From a bacterium (GTDB taxonomy: Bacteria > Zhuqueibacterota > Zhuqueibacteria > Oceanimicrobiales > Oceanimicrobiaceae), in contig JBHIAC010000072.1 of assembly GCA_046758365.1 (NCBI GenBank), positions 1 through 16,188 of the forward strand: a DNA stretch of 16,188 bases, read 5' to 3'. The notes below the pieces were generated by a model, which saw only the letters and a list, made by a program, of their open reading frames with translations, was not told the DNA's origin and did no database searches. Numbering within the stretch: the stretch's first letter is position 1; each line of letters starts with the position of its first letter. Shown one piece after another: positions 1 to 6,434 of the stretch. The translations under genes were made by a program, and so were the position numbers.

Positions 1-35
1 TTCGCTTCGCTGTCATTTGGTCATTGGTTGTCATT
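1..35. repeat. Left repeat array flanking the four-helix-bundle gene (GTCATT units plus GCGAAGC mini-hairpin on the minus strand); probably continues beyond the window edge
   Basis: GTCATT occurs at 12, 20 and 30, and GCTTCGC at 4-10 is the reverse complement of GCGAAGC. The array is inverted relative to the one at 423-502. Confidence 0.8.
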
Positions 36-395
36 CTTTGGTTTTTGTTTTCCAATTGATTTGATGTAATTATTTAATTTAATTGCAATTGTGTCTAAAT
101 CTTTTTGTATTTCATGAAAGTTTTCATTATCAATTAATTTGCGATTCCAAGCTTTTGTAATCCACGTTCTTGTTTCGCAAAGAGAACCGCGGCTATAGTA
201 GCAAAATTGTTTGTTTTCTTTATAAAAAAATCTTCCAAAGCCCTCACTTAAATTTGCAGCCACTGAATCTGCCGCTTTAACTAATTGCTTTCCAACGGTA
301 TCCTTAGCAAAATAATCCCATTGAATCACAATATTCCAAATTCTTTCAGCTATATCCATAGCAAGCTGATAAACTTGTAGCTCCTCTAACTTCAT
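21..395 (-). CDS. Four helix bundle protein (23S rRNA intervening-sequence protein family, TIGR02436-like)
   Basis: The protein has the family pattern LEELQVYQLA...QLVKAADSVAANLSEGFGR...YSRGSLCETRTW. I moved the start from 410 to the ATG at 395 because GGAGGA (402-407, minus strand) sits just upstream as a ribosome binding site. Confidence 0.92.
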   Translation of the reverse strand: MKLEELQVYQLAMDIAERIWNIVIQWDYFAKDTVGKQLVKAADSVAANLSEGFGRFFYKENKQFCYYSRGSLCETRTWITKAWNRKLIDNENFHEIQKDLDTIAIKLNNYIKSIGKQKPKNDNQ

Positions 396-422
396 TTCAA
401 ATCCTCCCAATATTAATTTCCA

Positions 423-502
423 TTCACTAATTGACTAATTGCTTAATGACCCAATGACTTAATGACCCAATGACGCCGAAGGCAAATGACTAAATGACTT
501 TT
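423..502. repeat. 8-bp-periodic tandem repeat (TGACyyAA-like units) containing a GCC-GAA-GGC mini-hairpin
   Basis: TGAC recurs in exact 8-bp phase at 447, 455, 463, 471, 487 and 495. GCCGAAGGC lies at 475-483 and degenerate units at 423-446. Confidence 0.9.
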
Positions 503-2031
503 ACTATATTAATCGCTAACTTAATATAAAAAGTAGTCCCCTCACCTTCTGTACTTTCTAAATAAATCTTTCCGCCATGTTCTTCAACAATTCTTTTAAC
601 AATAGCCAGTCCTAATCCTACGCCGCTTTTCTTAGTGGAAAAATAAGGCTCAAAAATTTTCTCCTTTAAATCTGGTGAAATACCGTTTCCAGTATCAGTG
701 ACTTGAAGTACTAATGTTTTATCTTGTTGATAAGTTTTTATAAAAATATTCCCTTCACCCTTACTTTTAATACTGTCAAAACTGTTTTCGAGTAAGTTAA
801 TCAACACTCGCCGCATCTTTTCATAATCAAAATTTATTGCTGGCATTGAGAGCTCCAGCTCCATAGGTTTATCAATATCTTTATAAAGCTTACATACCTC
901 TTCAACAAGTTCGTTCAAGTTTCCCAGAGCCAAATTTAATTTCGGCATGCGGGCAAATTCAGAAAACTCTCGCACCAGAGTTCGTAGGCTTTCGATTTCA
1001 TCAGAAATAATCTCGGTGCACTCTTCCAACAAGCGGCGGTATTCGGAATCTTCTCCCGGATATTTGTCTTTCATCTGTTGGACGGTGAGTTGAATGGGCG
1101 TGAGAGGATTTTTGATTTCATGGGCTAAAATGCGGGCGATTTCCCGCCAGACGGCCATTTTCTCCAGGGCAATCACCTGATCCTGCTTCTCTTTCAAGGC
1201 GCCAATCATTTTATTAAATGCTTGTACCAATTGACCTACCTCATCCTTGGAGGTGACTTCCATGCGGTAGTTCCAATCTCCAGCAGCCACTTTTTGAGTA
1301 CCTTTTGCCAGCGTTATGAGAGGCGAAGTGATTCTTCGAGAGAAATAATAACCCATGCCAATGGAGAGAGCCGCGATGGGCACATAGACCATAAAAAAAG
1401 AAAGCAGAAAACCCCACTTCAAATCATCTCGCACCAGATCTAATGTCTTGAACATTTGGTGGACTTTCACCACTTGCTGGGAACCCCGGATAAATTTATC
1501 ATCCAAGGATTTAGTCATCACCAAAAAGCCCAACCGTTTACCATTTGCATATATCGGTGCAAAAGCAGAGATGTGGCTGGGATCTGTCCCAATTTCTAAG
1601 AACCCTGGCTCTGTTTTTTCGATCAGCCGAGTTAAGGTGCTTTTATAAAAATGGGGAAACTCGTGATCAGGGGCATTATTACCCGAATAATTTAGATTTC
1701 CATTTATATCATACAGTTCGATTTTACTAACACCAACCAGGTTTGTTTTTTCCACGATCATTGAGCCAAGACCAATTTGTTTTTTTAACCTAGTTTTTAC
1801 CCAATGTGAAGCCGCTAAATTTATAGCAGTGGTCAATGTTTCCTCTTTATATTTTGCATAAAGGTCTTGTGAAATACCCGCAGCCTGTTCCAAAGCCATT
1901 TCAACATTTTTGTTGAATCCAATTTCTAGACTCCGATCCAACAGCCCCTTCACTAAATAATAAAGAGGGAAAACAGGCAGCAAGGTGATCAGCAAAAGTG
2001 CGATAACCAGTTTAGTGCGAATTCGTTTCAT
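490..2031 (-). CDS. NtrY-like membrane sensor histidine kinase (2 TM, periplasmic domain, HAMP, HisKA, HATPase_c)
   Basis: H-box WREIARILAHEIKNPLTPIQL is typical of the NtrY group. Also present are N-box NLLENS, G1 DTGNGI, F-box FEPYFSTK, G2 GVGLGLAIV and HAMP motif DEVGQLVQAFNKM. Confidence 0.93.
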   Translation of the reverse strand: MKRIRTKLVIALLLITLLPVFPLYYLVKGLLDRSLEIGFNKNVEMALEQAAGISQDLYAKYKEETLTTAINLAASHWVKTRLKKQIGLGSMIVEKTNLVGVSKIELYDINGNLNYSGNNAPDHEFPHFYKSTLTRLIEKTEPGFLEIGTDPSHISAFAPIYANGKRLGFLVMTKSLDDKFIRGSQQVVKVHQMFKTLDLVRDDLKWGFLLSFFMVYVPIAALSIGMGYYFSRRITSPLITLAKGTQKVAAGDWNYRMEVTSKDEVGQLVQAFNKMIGALKEKQDQVIALEKMAVWREIARILAHEIKNPLTPIQLTVQQMKDKYPGEDSEYRRLLEECTEIISDEIESLRTLVREFSEFARMPKLNLALGNLNELVEEVCKLYKDIDKPMELELSMPAINFDYEKMRRVLINLLENSFDSIKSKGEGNIFIKTYQQDKTLVLQVTDTGNGISPDLKEKIFEPYFSTKKSGVGLGLAIVKRIVEEHGGKIYLESTEGEGTTFYIKLAINIVKVI

Positions 2032-2040
2032 TTTTGTGGG

Positions 2041-2718
2041 CTAATGTTTTAAATCTTCAACCCTAAATATTTTTGAAGAATACCATTTGGAGCTATTTTG
2101 TGGACGTTTGTTACCACCGACAAAAAAGGATACCAGTTTACTAATATTCAATTTGAAACCACTGGAACGATCCTCAGAGGCCAAATATTCTTCGGTCTGA
2201 TTGGGTTCTTGCAGCCAGTCGGCGAGCTTTTCTTGTTGATGCATTGAAATTGGAATGATTCCCACCCGAATCTGAATCGAATATTTAGCCGCTGAATCTA
2301 ACAACGATGACCGAATCAAAGCTATATGGTCAAGATGGCTGCTTAAGTACTTAGCTTTTTCTAATTCAAAGCAAAATTCGGTTGTGTCTTCGCTCTGAAT
2401 CGAATAGCGCTCTTCCCAAATATTGTAAGAAATAGAGCGAGTAATTCGCTTACGCAGGACACTCTTTTTACCAGCCTGTAAAAGTTTAATTTCAATTTCA
2501 ATTATTGAGGGCAGGCCGCTTTGGATAGTACCGACTATTTTTGTGGAAAATAAGTTCTGAAGACCCGCGGACACGGTCAGATAGCCGCTATTCAGCCTCG
2601 GTTCAATCTGGTCCACACGGATTTCTCCTCCCTCTCCAGCGAAGCCTTTGTGAATATTCAAATAGAGTGTCAACAGTAAAAATAAGAAAAAATTTAACCC
2701 TTTATCAAACTGTCTCAA
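2041..2718 (-). CDS. Exported DUF4390-like protein
   Basis: Signal peptide-like N-terminus, the motifs IQSGLPSIIEIEIKL and ISYNIWEERY, and the position directly upstream of an NtrY-like kinase, which is usual for DUF4390. The TTG start overlaps the upstream TGA stop (TTGA at 2715-2718). Confidence 0.72.
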   Translation of the reverse strand: MRQFDKGLNFFLFLLLTLYLNIHKGFAGEGGEIRVDQIEPRLNSGYLTVSAGLQNLFSTKIVGTIQSGLPSIIEIEIKLLQAGKKSVLRKRITRSISYNIWEERYSIQSEDTTEFCFELEKAKYLSSHLDHIALIRSSLLDSAAKYSIQIRVGIIPISMHQQEKLADWLQEPNQTEEYLASEDRSSGFKLNISKLVSFFVGGNKRPQNSSKWYSSKIFRVEDLKH

Positions 2719-4073
2719 AAAGTATGCCCCAGTGATATATGAAATTGAAAATCGTTTTCGTCCACATTATTTAATGGAAAAGAAAAGTCAAACCGCGTGA
2801 GGCCCATAATTGGCAATTTAACTCTGAACCCGAAGCCTATTGAGGTAAAAAAATCCTGCAAATCTGGTGTTTGATCAGATAACCATATCCCTCCCGCATC
2901 GAAAAACAAAACGCCTGAGACCTTATGGTAGGGAAAATTCTTACTAGATAAAGGAAAGCGAAACTCGGTATTGGTCAAAATTAATTTAGATCCCCAGCCA
3001 ACCGGCGTCAAACGTCGATCTGGATACCCCCTAAGGGAGTTGGCCCCACCGAGGTAAAACCTTTCATAAAAGGGCGCGTTTTCAGTGGTGTATCCGGTTT
3101 TTAAATGGAAGGCAAAAACCTGACGGCCAAAGACCCTTTGATAGAATCTAGTATCTAAAGTGATCTTTGAAAAATTGACTTCACTACCGACTTCATCGTG
3201 AGCCAATTCTCCTGACAAGGCCCCCCAAAAGCCATTGAGTGGATAATAAGGATTGTCTCTAAGATCGGCGTGCAAAACCAAAGAAAAAACACCGATGTTG
3301 GTTTTTTGCAGGTCATCCGCAATGTCTGATGGGAAAAAGGTGATGGTTGAGTCGTTGTCTGTAAGTTTGGCTGTGAAGCTCGGCTCGTAAGTTTCTATTC
3401 TGTAAGCAAAATAGATATGTTTAAATACGCCTTCTGTGCCACCCAACTTTATGCGGAGTCCTCCAGAATTGACGTTTTGACTTATACGACTGCTGCCAAA
3501 ATAATGAATAAAGTCATGGCCAGCCGCATAAAGTTCGATATCCAAAAAGGCATTATCATCAAACAAGTTCGGATTGCGATAACCCAGTGAAAGCTTACTC
3601 ACCCGGTCACCAATAAACCACTGAATCCCGATAAAATTTCCGTTTCCGAAAAAGTTGTCAAACCTAAGACTCGCTGGCACAAAATACCATCCATTTAAGT
3701 CACTGTGGCCCCCTTCGAATTGGAAATATGGCCAGTGACGCTCCTTGACTTCAATTACAACCACCACCTTGCCTTTCGCTGAACCCGGCCGGGTGTAAAT
3801 GTCTACCTCTTTGAAAAAATTTGTTTGGGATAATCGTCGGTAGTTCGCTTCTACCCGAGCCGGATTAATGACCTCACCTTCTTGCAGGGTTAAATATCGA
3901 AAAATCACATTCCTGTTGGTTTTGGTGATTCCAGTGACTTCAATATGCTCAATAATCAGTTGCCGGGTTGAATCAGCGGTTTGGCTGAATGCTAATAGAG
4001 GAAGGATAAACAGGATGATATAAGATAAAAAAATAATTAAACAATTCTTTATTAAAGTTTTCGTTAAATTCAT
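2715..4073 (-). CDS. Omp85 (BamA/TamA) family outer membrane protein with one POTRA domain
   Basis: The POTRA-like segment runs from IEHIEVTGITKT to VVIEVKER. The barrel carries the LRGY lid motif (LGGANSLRGY), FFDAG, GFGFR and the C-terminal beta-signal FHISLGHTF. The start is placed at ATG 4073, just before the signal peptide, and is uncertain. Confidence 0.9.
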   Translation of the reverse strand: MNLTKTLIKNCLIIFLSYIILFILPLLAFSQTADSTRQLIIEHIEVTGITKTNRNVIFRYLTLQEGEVINPARVEANYRRLSQTNFFKEVDIYTRPGSAKGKVVVVIEVKERHWPYFQFEGGHSDLNGWYFVPASLRFDNFFGNGNFIGIQWFIGDRVSKLSLGYRNPNLFDDNAFLDIELYAAGHDFIHYFGSSRISQNVNSGGLRIKLGGTEGVFKHIYFAYRIETYEPSFTAKLTDNDSTITFFPSDIADDLQKTNIGVFSLVLHADLRDNPYYPLNGFWGALSGELAHDEVGSEVNFSKITLDTRFYQRVFGRQVFAFHLKTGYTTENAPFYERFYLGGANSLRGYPDRRLTPVGWGSKLILTNTEFRFPLSSKNFPYHKVSGVLFFDAGGIWLSDQTPDLQDFFTSIGFGFRVKLPIMGLTRFDFSFPLNNVDENDFQFHISLGHTF

Positions 4074-4206
4074 GAATAATAATTGAGAAAGTATTAAATT
4101 GACCAAATTATAATATTTTAAATTTAATATATTACTACTTTTAACGCAATGAAAAATTAAACCCAGGCGTAAAACCTCAGTTACGGGTAAGCACTGATTA
4201 TTCTGA

Positions 4207-4308
4207 ATATTCATCCTGAACATGAAATAATAGAGGACATTTGTCCCCATTCCTTAACCCGAATAGAGGGATAAATATCCAATATAATCTTGTATTCAGC
4301 ATGAATAT
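4207..4308. repeat. Imperfect inverted repeat enclosing two short palindromes
   Basis: ATATTCATCCTGAA (4207-4220) and TTCAGCATGAATAT (4295-4308) are 13/14 complementary. Inside are GGACATTTGTCC and GGATAAATATCC, each following AATAGA(G). Confidence 0.6.
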
Positions 4309-4334
4309 ATTGAACGATCAGCTATTAAGCTGCA

Positions 4335-4437
4335 AAAAGCTGACCTTCTTTTAATTTTTATTAACAAATCTATTAATATTGTTTCGTAACTCATTAATAA
4401 TCAATATTATTTTCCTAAAATAAGAAGGTCAGCTTTT
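4335..4437 (-). terminator. Long hairpin, terminator-like or mRNA-stabilising, downstream of the lipoprotein gene
   Basis: Perfect 16-bp inverted repeat AAAAGCTGACCTTCTT (4335-4350) / AAGAAGGTCAGCTTTT (4422-4437) around a 71-nt AT-rich spacer that has further internal pairing. It ends in a U run on the minus strand. Confidence 0.6.
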
Positions 4438-4480
4438 AAACAAACTATGATGTAAATGCTTTTAATTAAAAATGATAGAA

Positions 4481-5944
4481 TTACTGCCAAAGATTAAGCT
4501 TTGATAAATTGCCAGAGGAATCTTTAACAGAAATAGTGCCGTCTGGATTGAAAGTTATTTCATAACTTTGATTCCCTTGCGTTACGGTTCCATGTCCAGA
4601 GCCGTCGGGGAAGAAATCGAACTCACCACTGGCAATTGGATCTTCGCCATTTTCATAGGCAACTTCGGATTCATAAAGATCAAATTTTAAATGTGCACTA
4701 CCATCGGAATAAAATTCTGCCGAAAAGACCAAAAAGGTGTCGTCAGGATTCGTCCATTCCCCAGAGATTTGATCAACTTCCGGGGATTCTACGATAGTAA
4801 TAAAGCCGCTGCCACCATGCGTACTCTCCACGTTTATCGTAGTGGTTTTGACATCCCCCACCAACGTTTGATTCACGGTGACGCTTTCTTTACGAACGCT
4901 GCCGTTTTTGAATCGGACTTCTTTTTCAAAAGAGCCGTTCAAGGTTGAATCCGTCGGGTTAATAGTAAATTCACCGCTCTCGGAAATAGAAACTGGATCG
5001 TGGCCTTCAGGGAAGGTGATGATCTTGGTAAAGCTGCCTTGGCCATCCTCTTCAGCGCTATCGAACGTTCCTGCAATACGGGTTCCATCGCGACGATTTT
5101 CTTCAAACGTGCCAGTGCCATCCTCGTTAAAGGTTACCGATTCAGAGTGTCTGGTCCCATCGGAGAAATTCACTTCCTTCAAATAACTTCCACCGCTGCC
5201 CTCATGGTACTCCAATTGGGCATGGGTATTGCTGATGAAACTGGAGTTGGAATACGTGATATCACTTGTCAAAACTCCACCAGTTGGCTCGGCTCCAGCC
5301 GGGTAAGGATCCGGCACAAAGCTCCCCATTTCTTGTTGAATTAAGTGTCCTGGTTTAAATCGCTTTAAATTGTTAAGTGAAAGGAGGACATCATCCGTAT
5401 CATCTAAAAGTGTAAAATTGAGATCAGCGGCTATTTCGGTGGAATCGTATTCTAAGGGGTGATTTTCTCGAAACTCATATCGGACCAGAAAAAGCCGACC
5501 TTCTCCAGTGTCCGTGTCATAAATAAGGCTGCTTCTAATGGTGACGCCTACAATTTCGTCCCGAATAGTAACATCCCAAATAACCGAATCGGACAGGACA
5601 CCTTGAGGCTTTGATAATAAATTGGCCTTGTTTCTAACACGGTCAAAGGATTCTTTCATGACCGATTTTGCGAAGCTCATGGCCTTTTGCGGATTTTCTA
5701 CTTCGGGAACTTCTAAATCCACTATGGATTCGGGGCCCTGAATCAACCCACTAATCTGTTGAAACGAAGAAACGGTATTGTAAATCTCCACGCCATTGGC
5801 GCTTACGGTTTGTACGGATTGGTTGATCTGATCATCGTTATTGTCCGGTCCTGAAGGATTATTATTAGAGCATCCAATCGCAATCAAAAGAGTAAAGCTA
5901 AGCAATAAAACTATGAGCCAATGAGTATAAGATATTTGTTTCAT
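4481..5944 (-). CDS. Hypothetical lipoprotein, acidic and predicted beta-rich
   Basis: 487-aa ORF with RBS AAAGGAG, a hydrophobic stretch ending in the lipobox IAIG-C and an N/D/P-rich tether. It has repeated xDG(T/S) turn motifs. I do not recognise the family. Confidence 0.88.
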   Translation of the reverse strand: MKQISYTHWLIVLLLSFTLLIAIGCSNNNPSGPDNNDDQINQSVQTVSANGVEIYNTVSSFQQISGLIQGPESIVDLEVPEVENPQKAMSFAKSVMKESFDRVRNKANLLSKPQGVLSDSVIWDVTIRDEIVGVTIRSSLIYDTDTGEGRLFLVRYEFRENHPLEYDSTEIAADLNFTLLDDTDDVLLSLNNLKRFKPGHLIQQEMGSFVPDPYPAGAEPTGGVLTSDITYSNSSFISNTHAQLEYHEGSGGSYLKEVNFSDGTRHSESVTFNEDGTGTFEENRRDGTRIAGTFDSAEEDGQGSFTKIITFPEGHDPVSISESGEFTINPTDSTLNGSFEKEVRFKNGSVRKESVTVNQTLVGDVKTTTINVESTHGGSGFITIVESPEVDQISGEWTNPDDTFLVFSAEFYSDGSAHLKFDLYESEVAYENGEDPIASGEFDFFPDGSGHGTVTQGNQSYEITFNPDGTISVKDSSGNLSKLNLWQ

Positions 5945-6021
5945 AATAGACTCCTTTCTTTTTTAAGATTCTGCTTGTTTATTAGACCGGTCTGGATTTA
6001 AATTAATTTGTTTGTAAGATA

Positions 6022-6037
6022 TTCAATTTTTGGGCCA
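6022..6037 (-). promoter_or_regulatory. Candidate sigma-54 (-24/-12) promoter
   Basis: The minus strand reads TGGCCC-AAAAA-TTGAA, which has the exact spacing of the consensus TGGCAC-N5-TTGC with a -12 GA variant. It lies about 80 bp upstream of the lipoprotein start. Confidence 0.55.
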
Positions 6038-6126
6038 AAAAATTCTTCCTTGATTCAATAAGAAATTAATTACTGATTTATATAAAATTATAGACAAATT
6101 ATATTTTGAATTTTAAATATAATATC

Positions 6127-6167
6127 TGTGAAATTGGACAACAGGTGTGGTATTTATGCGACAGGTG
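6127..6167. promoter_or_regulatory. Candidate enhancer-binding-protein sites
   Basis: Two TGT...ACA dyads (6127-6143 and 6146-6163) and the direct repeat ACAGGTG at 6141 and 6161. They lie 90-130 bp upstream of the candidate sigma-54 promoter, across an AT-rich spacer. Confidence 0.35.
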
Positions 6168-6202
6168 ATTGAAAATTGTTTGGTGTAAAACAACCTTAAC
6201 CA

Positions 6203-6344
6203 ATAATCTTGGGTGGAGGGTGTGAGCCACTGCATCCTTGCATAGGTCTGGATGCTATTAGACGGCGGACCCCCTTGTGCTCCAAGACCTTTTTGGGCAG
6301 AGCAAGTCCCAAACTGTGGCAGTGCGATTATACATGTGTTAGAT
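6203..6344. other. GC-rich structured non-coding island (candidate ncRNA or orphan insertion sequence end)
   Basis: Nested complementary segments: CACTGC 6228-6233 / GCAGTG 6319-6324, GTCT 6246-6249 / AGAC 6260-6263, and GGAC 6267-6270 / GTCC 6306-6309 enclosing CTTGTGCTC / GAGCAAG. The island is embedded in AT-rich DNA. Confidence 0.5.
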
Positions 6345-6434
6345 AAATATGTCGAATAGGATGAAACCTCACTTAACTTATTGATTTATGAAAGAGCACA
6401 ATACTACTTTAATAAGCAACCGCCCTTTTTATTC

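Noticed and set aside
21..395. Diversity-generating retroelement (Avd-like gene) or a true 23S rRNA intervening sequence
   Set aside because: There is no reverse transcriptase, no template/variable repeat pair and no rRNA sequence in the window.
423..502. CRISPR array
   Set aside because: The units are 8 bp and contiguous, with no unique spacers and no cas genes in the window.
1222..1730. Short plus-strand ORFs at 1222, 1448 and 1545 (likewise those at 2541, 4691-5344, 6654, 7239, 9182, 10071, 11918, 12960, 13319 and 15820)
   Set aside because: They are antisense or alternate-frame shadows of well-supported genes or regulatory regions and have no recognisable motifs.
4074..4250. 59-aa N-terminal extension of the Omp85 ORF given in the ORF track
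   Set aside because: It is AT-rich, overlaps structured non-coding motifs and would bury the signal peptide. ATG 4073 is more plausible.
5984..5993. Palindrome AGACCGGTCT in the lipoprotein leader
   Set aside because: A single 10-bp palindrome with no second copy noticed is within chance expectation.
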